From: Epithemia pelagica
Taxonomy: Eukaryota > Protista > Bacillariophyta
Length of the DNA stretch: 64,000 nt
Direction: 5' to 3'
Assembly (NCBI GenBank): GCA_946965045.2
Contig: OX337233.1
Location: forward strand, 2,914,001-2,978,000
This document shows positions 50,001 to 63,100 of the stretch, one piece after another (the first letter of the stretch is position 1; each line of letters begins with the position of its first letter). The notes under the pieces are model-generated. The model saw only the letters and a program-made list of their open reading frames with translations, searched no databases and had not been told where the DNA came from. The position numbers and the translations under genes are program-made.

Positions 50001-51113
50001 CGTTCAAAAATCCCAAGCTATACAAGATTTAACAATCCCGGTGTTTGCAAAGACCGTGTCGTCAATAATGCAGTCATTTGCCGTGGAATGTCTCCTTCAC
50101 GGGAACTTGACTATCGAAGAAGCGAAAGAAGCGAAGCAGATGATACTGTTCATGATTGAAGCATTGAATCCAAGTGCACAGGCGCCCACTGGTCTCAAAC
50201 GACAGAAATATCCTCCGCTTTCCATTCTCAAGCTGCCTGCTGTCTCAACCCACACAGTTATTTCAGTTCCAGCAAAAAATCCGACAGAGTCGAACACTAG
50301 TGTGGAAGTTTACGTGCAGGTCGGTAAGGACCGGTTGAGGGACCGTGTCTTGATCGACGTTTTGGTTCATATCATGGACGACCCAATGTACACACAGTTA
50401 CGAACCAAGGACGCCTTTGGTTACGACGTGTCGTGCGATTCGCGGTGGTCGTACGGTATCACTGGGTTTTTATTTCATGTTGTTTCCAATGTCAAGAGTG
50501 CCTCTGAGATTGTGAAACGCATCGATCGCTTTCTGGTCGATTTCCGTAATGACTTTTTCGGAACACTGTCGGACCAAGACTTTGCCGAACATGTGGTTGG
50601 CCTAGCACAAAACAAACTTGACAGTAAGTATGGAGGGGAGTCAAGAAAATGCATCACATTGTTTCTAACGTTCTCTGGTGCTGTTCTGGTTTCTAGTGTT
50701 TAATTCTTTGTCAGAAGAGTAAGTCATGGATCGGACAATCCCACCCCATTTGTATGCTTTGGACTAAATCGTTTCTGTTTATTTTCAGGACGGATTCGTA
50801 TTGGGATGAAATCGTCAACGGAACCTTCTCTTGGCAAAGCTGGCGAGATGAAGCAGTGGAGCTACGAACCGTGACTAAGACGGATGTGATTGAGGCCTTC
50901 GACGAATGGCTCCATCCAGAAATATCAAAGCGACGCATTCTCGTGGTTCAGGTAATTGGTGGAGAAGATGGAAGCACTGTTGCGGTGGGCAAACCCACAG
51001 TTTCTCCGGGTGAATCGTCTGTAGGAGAATACGCCGATAAGCAGGTGGACGGGTTCCATCGTGACGTATGCAAGCGCCAAACATGGGGACGAGTGACCTC
51101 AAAGCTGGCGTAG
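47068..51113 (+). CDS. M16A metallopeptidase (nardilysin/insulysin-like); exons 47068-50623, 50697-50718, 50789-51113
   Basis: Inverted zinc motif HFLEH, NAIESE, and QLRTKDAFGY. An acidic stretch precedes AAAALLVGVGS, as in nardilysin. The spliced CDS is 3903 nt (1301 codons). Confidence 0.92.
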
Positions 51114-51294
51114 ATTTTCCCGATATAGATGGAGTTAATGGAGGGTTGCTTTTCTAGAGGTACGTTGGATTGCTTCGAAGCGTTTGGTGGTTACCAAGAA
51201 AAGCGGGCACCGCCTTGTAGTCTTCCAAATGCAGCGGTGTATCATCCGCATTCTGAAACATTTGGAAAGACGAAGGCTCCACTTCCCTTCTCAC

Positions 51295-52125
51295 TTTTGT
51301 GACTGTCAGGGAGGGGGAAGCCGATGGACTTGACCTATACTACACCAGGTCTGCGGCTCTGCCCAAAGCAAATAAGACCAGGACTCTTGGTCGAATCCAG
51401 AATAGGTTTCCCGTGACGAAGATGTGGCGAGAGAAGTGACTGGAATCGGACATTTTGTTTAACAACTCACCGTTTATCTATGCTCTTTCTTCATCAGTCG
51501 ACTACTGCTACACACTTTGTTTGACATGGGCGAACATCAACATTTCGTCTCACAGAGAAAGCAGGTCTACCATCATAGGAAGGCATTGCGAAAACGTGAA
51601 CTGTCCTCCTTACAAGTTGGATTTTTTCGCTCGTTGCTGAGGTTGGCCTTAGAGGATCACAAACCGGAAGGGAACTGTTCTGTTCGAATGGCTTGGAAAT
51701 GTCAACTCGCATCAAAAACCATCCCAATACCCATTAAATGTTTTCCCCCGGAGCTGCTTCAATAGTGTACCAAAGTTCGTCAAGATGTAGATATCTCTAT
51801 CACGATGGGGTTCCTGTCATGCTGGAATCTCTTTTTTCGAGATTTCGACGGACGGTATGATTCGGAACAAACGTTCTTCCATCGTTCTCGGGAACTTGGC
51901 ATCGTAGATTCGGATAGAACTGTCATACATCCTTCCGTAAAGGATTTCCTTGAGCTTGTCCGGTCGTCAAAACTGCGCGAATTCTATGTGCGTCGTGTGA
52001 TGCCACAACGGAAGAGATTCGAAGATCTGCACTTCATCGTTCCAGTTCTGATTTGCTGTCCTAGCCTTAATTGGTTATCGATGTTGCTCTTATCTTTCAC
52101 TTGTAGTGTAATTCCGTTCTTGTGA
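51295..52125 (+). pseudogene. Disrupted paralog of the gene at 53908-54794
   Basis: LQVGFFRSLLRLALEDHKPEGNCS and YDSEQTFF.RS.EL.IVDSD align with the intact copy. There is an in-frame TAG at 51763-51765, and a +2/+1 indel pair near 51800-51840 scrambles VPV.LES. The exon-1 remnant near 51295-51390 is weak. Confidence 0.7.
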
Positions 52126-52661
52126 ATATCCACTTTGAGATTAGCTCTTGTTCGTGTTTTGGGTCCACCTTCTTGAAGGAGCATTCGCACATGCAAGCTT
52201 AAGTGACAACAGCGAGAATACGCAGACTACTGCGAGCGAGCAGCTCTAATCGGGGTAGGCATGCGCCCCCGGACAACTTGATCGCGAGAATGCCGGTGTA
52301 TGTGCAACGGAAAAGACTTATCATCCTCATCATAGATTGTACTTTCAGACAATAATAGTAGACTAGGAAACGGGAGAGCCGGTATTTCTGTTCCGCGCGG
52401 GTCTGATTGGGCGCGTACTCAGTCGCTTCCAAATTTTCGATGGAAGGATTCGAGTTTCTCATCCGTTTGTCCTGTCATCATTGCATCAAACTCGGCACTT
52501 GGACGAGAAGGAAGCAAAGTCGAGTTCGGACAATTCGTTTCACCGAGCTCAAAAGGGCGCCAGTAAGGGGAGAGATTGTCGATTGATTGCGTTCATCGCT
52601 TGGAAGAACGCAATTGCATCAAAAGACAAGACGAGAGTGAGTCGGCGCACATGACTGACTG

Positions 52662-53285
52662 ATGGATTCCCTAGACGATAACCTTCCGTTTTTGGACTTG
52701 CCCATCCCCGATGCAAATGATGAAGAGACTTGGAAATGGAATAAAGATGACGACAGCTTCGGTCATCCTCTTCATTCTGACTTGGATCACAATGATCCAC
52801 ATGACGACGACGAAATACACGAGGGAGCCTCGCACCTATATCTAACGGACGAGGATTCAGTGGCTGTGGTATCGCCTGGATCGTCCAAGAGAAGAAGAAG
52901 AATCTCCAATGACAAGATTCACGATGACCAATTCGTCGATTCAATCGTAGTATCACCTCTTGCGTCTCAGACTTTGAACGAGAGTGAGAGACATGAAGAT
53001 ACGCTCAGAAATCTCGACCATGGCAAGATCCATGACTTCAACGAAGGAGTCAGCAATTCTTTGATCGGTGAATCCCCTGAATCCATACATCTTCAGTACC
53101 AACGACTCATGAAGCGCCTTGCAGACTCCATGCAACGGACAGAAGAAACTCGCCAATTCATCAAACGACGAAGATGTGACATTGGAGGAAGTTTCTTTTT
53201 GAGTTCCGACAGCGAAGAATCGCGAAAATATCTGTTCGAAGTCTTTCGCCGAGACTCGGGATCAGGTTGTTCATTCTCACCATAG
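52662..53285 (+). CDS. Hypothetical acidic protein
   Basis: 207-aa ATG ORF with a helical-looking C-terminal segment (YQRLMKRLADSMQRTEETR). No function recognised. Confidence 0.6.
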   Translation: MDSLDDNLPFLDLPIPDANDEETWKWNKDDDSFGHPLHSDLDHNDPHDDDEIHEGASHLYLTDEDSVAVVSPGSSKRRRRISNDKIHDDQFVDSIVVSPLASQTLNESERHEDTLRNLDHGKIHDFNEGVSNSLIGESPESIHLQYQRLMKRLADSMQRTEETRQFIKRRRCDIGGSFFLSSDSEESRKYLFEVFRRDSGSGCSFSP

Positions 53286-53907
53286 GTTCTCCGCTGATAT
53301 GCATGCGGCTTCAGCTTAAACAATCCGTTCCTACTTGCAGACAGACGACGTCTCCAAAATCGACCAACCATTGTAAAAACACGATGGGACTTGCATATTA
53401 CTCCTAACCAAACACCAACGGCCCTCACCAACCGTCTGCTGTAACATGTAGCTCGTTGCGGTCGATGGGTTTGAATACGAAACTATTCATAGGCTATCAT
53501 TTTACTTCCAAATCGCATCTTCCAATATACCATTAGGATTACCTATAGGTGTAGGACTTGGTTATGACGAATGACGATGGCAGATGACAGTAGGTACGAC
53601 AACTGACACCGAAGACGGACTCTGACGATCTATGTGACTTGTGACTGGCCGTGTCAGTTTAACCATCCTCAGTTCCGCGACTCAGGAATCCGGAAGCTGG
53701 TTGAGTCCTGCTTCCGCATACAATATAGAGTTGTAGCGCGAGATCGCACAACAGCGGCACATTCTCACGTAGAAAACTGGTACAGGTTTACATGGAATTG
53801 ACGCCGCGAACCCGACGAGAACCATTTGTAATCACGCATCCATTCGCTCTGAGCCATGATGGGGGCAGAGATCTCATAACTCAACGCAACCCCGAAGATC
53901 TCGTACC

Positions 53908-54794
53908 ATGAAGACTCTTACCTCCGTATCGCTTTGTGTCCTTTTCTTGCTGAGCTCCCTTCCTTCATACGTTCAATCTGTCTGCTACTGCCCTTGGAAT
54001 TGTGAACGAGCCAAGGGAGGGGATTGCAAATGGCGAGTCGCCATGTGCATCGACCAGGAAGCGGCTTCTGAATGTCAAAAGGCAAACTGGGAAATTGAAG
54101 ACATGTTAGAATCCATGAGCAGTCTCGTTGGTATAGTCCTCGAGTAAGTAAAAGTGCGCATAATCGAAATGGTTCTCTGCGTTGTGTGTGAAAGAGAGCA
54201 AAGGTTTCATGAACGACATGCATGTCCACTAACTTCGCACATTCCTATCCATTATCGCGTTCCAGTGATGGATTGCGAAGCAACAACGTGACCGCCCTTC
54301 AAGTAGGCTACATCCGATCCCTGTTGAGTTTGGCCATAGAGGACGAGAAACCAGAAGGAGACTGTTCCAATGGACTTGCAACAACCACGCGAATGAGGAA
54401 CCATCCCAACAGTTGCTTCTCACCGGAGTTACTTCAACAATGCGCCAAGGTTCGAGATGCTGTTGACAGCTATCAAACCCAGATTCCTGTCAAACTCGAG
54501 TCCTTTTTGCGGGACTCTGAGCGTCTCTATGATTCGGAACAATCTTTCTTCGGACGATCTTTCGAATTGGAAATTGTAGACTCGGATGGAATTGTTGTGA
54601 ACCCGTTCGTGCAAGAGATTTTAGAAATTGTTCGATTCCGAACTCTGGTGAAAACTGCCCGCATTCGATGCGCATCGTTTGATGCTACAGCAGTGGAACT
54701 CGAACATGCAGCAGCCTTTTCCGCAAGCTCTATTGCTCTGGGGCTTTCCATTAGTAGCACAATCGTGTCGCTTATCCTTGTGCATTTGGTGTAG
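53908..54794 (+). CDS. Secreted Cys-containing protein with a C-terminal hydrophobic tail (possible GPI anchor); exons 53908-54143, 54266-54794
   Basis: Signal peptide MKTLTSVSLCVLFLLSSLPSYVQS. A phase-2 GT-AG intron (54144-54265) gives 255 codons. The protein ends SASSIALGLSISSTIVSLILVHLV. Confidence 0.7.
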
Positions 54795-55213
54795 AGGCCA
54801 CACCCAACAGCAATCGACTTGATGCCAAGACTTTGAATTTTCAAACTTCGTCCTGGCGGCACCCAAAGAATTCACATCATTCTGATGAAGACAGCCGTAG
54901 TCAGCAGCGTCATTTAAAATCGTCTTTCAACACATTTCACGGTGAATTAGATCTAATGCTATCCCATATGATACCATTGTGAGATGGGTCCTAACTGATA
55001 TGCTCTTCGCCGCTGTTAAAGGCGACGACCGGTTGCATCAAAGCCCGCTTGAATTTGTCCATGAAGTGCACCTAGTCGAGGGAGACCACGTGCCGAACAA
55101 AAAGCCGTGTTTGGTTGTGGTCCCAAAAAGCAACGGCAAAGACTCTAAGACTGAGAGTCTCTTCCGCGAGGAGCACCAACAACACATGCGTCGACACTCA
55201 ATGACTATTCCGA

Positions 55214-56846
55214 CTATGGAAACAATGGATCCGTCTCTCCCTCCTGTATATCCAGTGTCCTGGAGAGGGATCTATCGCGTTCTCTTGTTATGCGTTGAGG
55301 ACTTCCATCACTAGAGTGAAGCTCTCCATGAAAATGCAAATTTTGTGGAACAAGAAGAGGTTCAATGCCGTACATGTCTCGAATGTCGGTTTCCATCAAC
55401 AATTCCTGCCTCAGTGTTTCCCTTCTTTGTGAACGAAGGAATGCACCTAATTTTCGCTCTGCCATTGATCCTCGACATACGATGGCACTCCTCTGTGATC
55501 GCCCAATGGATCTGAGTGAACTCCTGGTTCTTCGTTTGGCACGTTCATCTTTGCCCTCCGCTTTTTGGCTTGTTTCTTCATCTTCGATAAAGGGAGATTC
55601 AATGTCTGAGGCCACCGCCGATGCCAAGGAATCCATATCATCAATCTGTGCGTTGCGTTCTAACGCCATCTTGACAACTTCCTTCAAATCGTTTCCTCCA
55701 ATGGCGCGGTTGAGCACTGACAATCTCGGGAAATGTATTTCCTTGGTCAAACTACCAACGCTCTTGTTGTGGGGAAAAGAAATTCCCAGAGAATCAGATG
55801 TGAGCTCGGATCTTCCAGAGTTTCCCAACTCTTGTCCTGTACTACCGTAATGCTTGCGAGGACTGTCCGTGGGTCGTTCAAGCTCGCCTTCCACTGCATC
55901 TGACTGCCCGTCTGCATTTTCCAATAGCTCACGCCAACTGGCGTTGCCATCTTTGTATTGATCCCTGGCTTCTAGTCCCCGTCTTTTGCGCTCTGTCGCT
56001 GCAATGAGTAGGACAGCATGCAATCCACTAGGCATCAAGTTTCGTTCCATTTCCGGTTCTAGGATATGCCGCTTTCCCATGGCCCCCGTGAAAATGATCA
56101 AACGACCAAAGGCTGAGAGCGAAACAACCGCGTGCAAGAACATGCAGACAACCACTCCAACCAACGCAACGCAGAACGGACCTGAAACTAGGTCTGTTAC
56201 AAGCAAGATCAGCCAAAGAAGAAACAAGTACAGAGATACAACAACATAACGCGAGGGCAAGGCAACGCTGTATTGACCCATGGACGATCTCAAGATTGCA
56301 TGCGCATTGTTATCGCTGATGGAACTCAAGAGCCCCCAAGCCGTGAAGTTTGTCACCAAAGCCATGACTGTGACACAGGCATCCATGATCAAGGTACAGG
56401 CAATCCAATACTTGGTCGAAAGATACATTTGATTCTGTAAACTAGCGCGGATTTCTACAGCAAAGTGTGCGGAATTCATTAATACTCCCATTGTTGCATT
56501 AAGAAGCAAGGAAAGAAAGACCATGTTGGAAGCAATTCGCTGAGTGGCATAATCTCGAATTTCCTTCCCAGTCTTTGCCCCTGCAAACAAAAACAATTCA
56601 TCATCAGCAAAGAAAGTGAGAACGAGCCGAACGACACACATGACGAACACAAAGCAAAGACTTACAAGCAATATGCCGCTGCCAGAGCGCTGTCTGGGTC
56701 ACGGGTACAAAAAGATCAAAGAAATTCACCAGACCAAGGAGCGTTGTCCACGTGCTTTCGTCGAAGGTTATCGATCCTACCGGCTTTTGATTTTTATCTT
56801 CAAGAGGCTTTCCAAACGTGACTTTTTTCGGCGAACCCGACCCCAT
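55214..56846 (-). CDS. Hypothetical multi-pass membrane protein; exons 56846-56666, 56580-55214
   Basis: A GT-AG intron (56665-56581) gives 516 codons. About 4 hydrophobic segments are followed by a hydrophilic tail. Confidence 0.7.
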
Positions 56847-57336
56847 GGTAACCTTGCAATTCTGCGCTCTCGGAAACAGGAAGAAATGTTTCAAACGCCA
56901 AAGACAAAGTCTCAACCAAACACTGAAAGTTTTGACGAAAGCAATGAGCTCTTCGTCCGCGTGGTTATCATTTTTTGATCACTGAAAAGCGACTGAATAG
57001 CGATAAGATTTACGAGCCACGGTGATGACCACAGACCACATAGTCATCCATAGGTATCAGAGATGATCATGGCCGATCTAAAGTGAAATGTCTCGATTGG
57101 CCATTCAACAAAGAGAAATGAAACTGAGTGTTGTGTTTGCATTTGTCATCGCCCATTGAATGTGGGGAAACGGAAGTCTGCTCTTCAATTCGATCGGGCC
57201 TAGATATGCCCAAAGACATGAAGAACTCTCCATCACTGCAGCAATAACAAGGGAAGTAAATATGTTTGGCTCCAACAGGATTTGGACAAAGCATGCACCC
57301 TTGGAGTTCGACAATTGAAGACATTTTGATGTCTGA

Positions 57337-59850
57337 TCAATCTTGGACTCCAGTGACGTGAACTCCTCCAATTTGTCCTCGCTTGCGTTTCGGAGCTATG
57401 TCACGCTTTGCAAGATAGAACGCATATATCCGAGGGATGATAAACAGTCCAAGAGTACTGGCTGAAAGAAGCCAGATGATAATCATAAATGCCAATAGTC
57501 CCACGCCAGTTGAAGTTTGATCTTCCAAGATAAAAACCACAGGAACTGAGACCAGCACTGCCTCCAGTTGAACCACCACCATGAGTAAGATCCACCATGT
57601 CTCAGGAAACTTATCTTCTTTGGTTCGTATCATGAAGGTTGTCATGGCAGTCATTGCCATTTGTGTCAAAACAACGGCCAGCAGAACTGGACCGAAAAAG
57701 ACCAGGCTATCAGATGTACAACCACCCACCGTTTCGTTCGTATCGTCGTTCAACACTGTTCGTTCCCAATGGACTGCATCGATTCCTGACATTGCCGAAA
57801 GCAAAGCGACGACCGTGAGTTGAAGGAGAGCCATGGGTCCAACCAAGATCTTGATTTCCACTTGGCGCTCTTTCAAGTTGAAAACCTTGTGAACGCGCCA
57901 CAGCCTGGTAAACAAGGCCGAATATTGGAGGGACAGGCCAACGAACAAAAGCCACGGAAGCGCAGCACACATGCGGTTGAGGGATTGGTCACTCCAGCCA
58001 GCTCCTTCGTCAAAGACCGAGCAAAATATTGTGGAAACCTCAATGGCTACCCCAATGCAGATCACGTGCATGTACCCGGGTTTGGCTGATACAACCAACG
58101 GATCTTTCCGATGGATGAAGAGCCATGCCATACAGCCAATGACGACGAGAATGGTGAGTGACATGACTGCCAAACCGAAACTACGCAGCCCCCCACCAAT
58201 GTAGTTTTGTTGGCCAGGAGTTCGAAGGGGAAGTGGAGGGTTCGTGGAACCACTTGCAAAATGAAATGGAGCAACTTCAAGCCAAGTTAGATTGGTGCCC
58301 GCATAGGCAACGTCCGTCACATTCCAAGATCCGTTCCAGAGATTCAAGGTACCCCACGTCACCGAATCGATGACCCGTGAATTGACTCCAGTGCTTTGAA
58401 AGACAGACCCAAAGCTCACGAGACCTGTAGCACCGCCGAAATTGGAGCCGAGAATACTCGTGTGATGATTTCTCCCCGTCGTTGAACCGTCGGATTCCAT
58501 GGTTGCGTTACATGCTCCGAGTCCCACGCTCATTACTGCATCATACATAAAGGCTACATCAAACAAAGTCAGAGCAGTTCTTTCAACACACTGAAGCAAA
58601 ACACTCTAGAATGCACTCACAGGCTTCGAATCCAGGCTGGGTCGTCTGGAAGAAATCTGGTTTCGCGTACATGTATCCGGTTTGGCCAGGTTCAATGGGG
58701 TTTGCAGCGTTCACTGTATCCACTAACTCTTGCCCTTGCTCGTACCAGCTTTGTTCAAATTTTGTGGTTTCATTCCAATGAATACCAGAAAATGGAAAGA
58801 CTATGGCGGATCCTTCCAATAGCTTTGTTGCGTTTTCGTTATCACCATAGTCTCGTTCCAAGGAGGTTCGATCGTACCACACAAAAAAGAAGTCGCCATT
58901 GTTCATATTCAGCTCCTCTACAGCGTCGCAAATTTCCAGAAAACTGGACGTGACATTGTCCATGGAAATAATGATTGTGCGGTAGCCGATGCGCTGGATC
59001 GAAGTCAAGGCATCTCTTGGTGAAAGAGCATCGACATCAAAGGTCCGAAACCTGGCATTTTCAATTTCAATGGAATATCCATGGGCATAAAACTCAACCT
59101 CTTTTTCTTCAAATATGGAGGTCAAAGATTCCAGTCGCTGCAACCCGGTATCACTTCGTTCGTACAGGAGGGAGACGTAGTTGACTCGTTCCTTGTAAAG
59201 GAGGAAGGTGGAAATGGCATGGGCCGAAGCAAGAAGATCGGGGAACACAGAGGCTGAGAAGGAACTCGTCATATTGAATACGGATCGCAAGTTGTATGCT
59301 TTGGAGATGACCAGTGGAAATTGAGCTGCTTGAGCGACAGCACTGAGTTCCATGGCCACAATGTCCGAGGCGGGTCCAACGGCCGCACAGGGCCAGGCAC
59401 CCCTCTCGTAAAGTCGTTGACTGGCCACATGAGATGGCTGGACGGTATCAATCACAGAAGTATTGGAAATGTGAATTGTCACGTTGCAACTATCATCCAG
59501 CTTGGCCAACTGGGAGACGACGGATGCATCTCTTGCATTAAAGTGTTTGGCAGCCATGAAGGCTGATGCCATTTGCATAAAGCCCACATTGAGATCGTCT
59601 TCACCTGTGAGATCAATTCCAGTCAACGATTCACCTCTTTCATGATATAAACGATGCAGTGAGAGATTGGAACCAGACCAAGCATTCGAATCGAATCAAA
59701 TCGAATCCATCTACCTTACCTGGCGTTTGTAAAGGGTGCAAATACTACGACGGAGCAACTTCGATTGGGCTCAATGAGACATTTCGCGCATGGTAGCAAC
59801 AACAGTAGGCTAAGAAAGAAGGCGAAAGCCGCAACTGGTCTTGGATGCAT
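57337..59850 (-). CDS. Class-C GPCR-like protein with a Venus-flytrap (ANF-receptor-like) ectodomain, paralog B1; exons 59850-59720, 59636-58621, 58553-57337
   Basis: Signal peptide MHPRPVAAFAFFLSLLLLLPCAKC. The spliced CDS is 2364 nt (788 codons). Ectodomain MAAKHFN.RD, AVGP, YDAVMSVGLGAC, F.GATG; 7TM region HRKDPLV.SA.P, LFTRLWRV.KV. Confidence 0.85.
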
Positions 59851-60172
59851 GACTGTCGAACTGTACTCCTACGCCGTGAACACAATAGCGACGGACTCAG
59901 TCATCCAGATAAGACTATACAATCCTTCTTTCTGTTAGTTCTCCCTCTGGTCCTTTGTTGTCGACACACACCTCTGCGAAGTCGACGATCAAAGCGAGGC
60001 AGAACCATCAATATCCGGGTTCCTTGTTACTCTCCATCGCTCTAACTGAATCTGATAAAACTTTTTTAAAACATGAAATCAATCTTGCGTCTGAGGTGTG
60101 TTAGTTGCTTGACATTATCCCGGTTGCCGTGCAATATTCGTCTGTTCACAGTTAAGAACAAAAGAAACGACC
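59851..60172. promoter_or_regulatory. Putative bidirectional promoter of the B1/B2 receptor pair
   Basis: Only 322 bp separate the two divergent ATGs. No specific motif was identified. Confidence 0.5.
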
Positions 60173-63100
60173 ATGATGATGAGGCATGTCCATGTCGCCG
60201 TCGCTCTGGTTGCGGGGATGTGGACTGGCAGTCACATACCCGTATCACCCTCGCACATTTCCGAGAATGGAGTTTGTTCCGTCTTTGTCTTTGCTCCATT
60301 CACAAGCGAAAGGTAAGCCACATGCACAAGGCTTCTGGAAGATGGACAGTGAATCAACTCATACGGTCTTTTACGACAGAGGCTTGGCCGTAATGGGCAA
60401 TCAGTCCAACATTGGATTTTCCCAAATGGCAGCAGCACTCATGGCCGCAGAACATTTCAATTCACGAGACTCATCGGTAGTTCCAGAACTGGCCGAGTTG
60501 GGAGATTGCCAAATTGCAATCGAGATTCCTAATACCTCAGTATTCGATACCGTGCCTTTGTCCCATATCGCCAGTCAAAATCTCGTTGCCAGAGGTGTCA
60601 CACCCTGTGCCGTGGTAGGTCCCTCGACCGATGAAGTCGCATGGGAGCTCAGCGCGGTCGCACAGGCGGCCCAGTATCCCATTGTCTTTTCACGAAACTA
60701 TAATTTGCGTCTCGCCTACGATGAATATGCCTCCTTTTCCGCGTCGGTCTTTCCGGACGTGGCGTCGACGGCCGAAGCCTTGGCGGCCTACTTGGAATTT
60801 TCCAACCGAACCGACTATATTGCCTTATTGTTTGAGCGGACCGATACGGGAAGGCAGCGCCGTGAGATTCTGGATTTGCTGTATGAGAACAAGGTGAATT
60901 TCGTCTCTGCTGGATACGATGATCTTGATCTTGATATATCAATAGATGGCGTGACGCCCCGTTCTATTCTGGAAGCAATGAAGGAGATTAAGGAGAGTGG
61001 CTATCGTACCATTGTGATCGCAATGCACAATCCCTTGCGAAGCTTTCAAGCCATTGCCGACGTGGTAGAGGAATTGGACATGAACAATGGCAACTACTTT
61101 TATGTGTGGTATGATATGATCGCAATTTTTCCCAATTGGGATGCCAATGTCAATGTGTCCAAGCTTGCGGCTGGATCTGCATGGACGTTTCCATTGGAAA
61201 ACCACCTTTTGGACGAGGACACCTTTCTCAGTAGTTGGACTCAACAGGGATCGGATCTGGTAGACCGCGTCAATGTGGCCAATCCAATTGAACCGGGGCA
61301 AATTGGGTACCAATTCGCCGACCCGGATTACTTTCAAACGTTTCCACCAGAAATCGGAGCAGGTGAGTTTGTATGGTACCAGATTTTTCGATGCGTCATG
61401 GAGAGCGGTTCACACTCAACAATCCCTGTTGGCCAGGTCATATCTATGATGCGGTCATGAGTGTGGGACTTGGAGCTTGCTACGCTTCACGTACCGTGAA
61501 TGGTAGTGTCAGCGGATTGGATCATCGTGAAGGTATACTGGACCTGCGCTTTACAGGAGCAACTGGGACTGTGGAGTTTGGTTCAAATCGATACGGACAA
61601 CGTAGCTCCAGGACGCCTAGTACAGTTTCCTTTGGTGCCTTGAACATTCTACCCAATGGAGAGTGGAACCTTACGGCGATCATTGCAGCTGGAACCAATT
61701 TGACATGGAAGGAGCTTTCTCCTTTTCAATACGCCGACGGTGGAACAGAGTCACCAATGCCTTTAAAGGACCCACCCACACCAATCTACATCTCGACAGG
61801 CTTGCGTGCCTATGGCTTGTCGCTAATGTCTCTGGGGATTCTGGGTGCCATTGTGTCCATTGTCTGGGTCTATGTCAATAGGGCGCATCGTATCGTGGCA
61901 TCGTCCCAACCGCCCTTCATGTACATTGTAATGGCGGGTTGCATCTTGCAAAGTGCAAGCATCTTTCTCATATCGTTCGATGAAGTAAGTTGAGTTCGAA
62001 AAAGGGTGATCAATGTACCATAAACCGCTCATACCCCGATTCCTTTTTCAGGGCGTTGGGTGGACTGAAGAAGCGCTCGATAGGTCGTGCATTGCGCTGC
62101 CCTGGTTTTTGTACTCAGGGGCAATTCTTATCTATTCAGGTCTGTTTACAAAGCTCTGGCGTGTTCACAAAGTCCTTCAATTTTCACGACGTCGAGTTCC
62201 CATTCGACATCTGGTCAAGCCCATGATTGGGATTTTTGTCGCCACGTGCGGCCTGTTGGCGGCGTGGACTGCGGTTGATCCGTTGCTGTGGGAGCGAGAA
62301 GAGTCCAACAGCTCTTCCAATCAAAGTGTGGGATTTTGTCGGTCGAACAGTGCTGCTTTTGCAGTGCCGGTGTTTGTTCTGGGATGTGTTCCTACTGTGA
62401 TGACCTGCATCATGGCATATAAAACACGTGACGTTGACGCGTCACTTGCAGAGAGCTTTTGGATTTTCACCATGATCCTTGTCCAACTTGAGGCAATTGT
62501 GATTGCGACTCCGGTTGTCATTATCCTGAAAGACCAAGCCACAGGAGGAGTACGATATGGTGTTCTTGTCCTGATGATTTCCATTCTTCCATTAAGCACT
62601 CTCTCGTTCTTGATGATACCCAAGGTGATCGCTCATCGCAAGTCGTTGGCAGCCAAGGAACGATCGCAAGTGACAAAAACAGACAGTCCAGCTGTGACGG
62701 GTACCTCAGAAGAAAAGGCTAACGAGAAGGATTTTCTTGCAAATGGGCATGCCAATGGTCAACCGGAGCATAGCCAACATGGAGAAGAAGCAGAGCAACT
62801 CGCTGTGGTGGGTACTTCGGAAGAAAAGGCTAAGGAGCCGAATATGCTTGCTATGGAAACGAACGTCCATTCGAATGGATACACAGAATATAGCCAACAT
62901 GGAGAAGTAGCAGAGCAACTCGCTATGGTGAGTACTTCGGAAGAAAATGCTGAGGAGCTGGATATGCTTGCTGCGGAACCGAACGTCCATTCGAATGGAT
63001 ACACAGAACATAGCCAGCATGGAGAAGTAGCAGACCAACTCGCTATGGTGGGTACTTCGGAAGAAAAGGCTACGGAGCCGGATATGCTTGCCATCGACAC

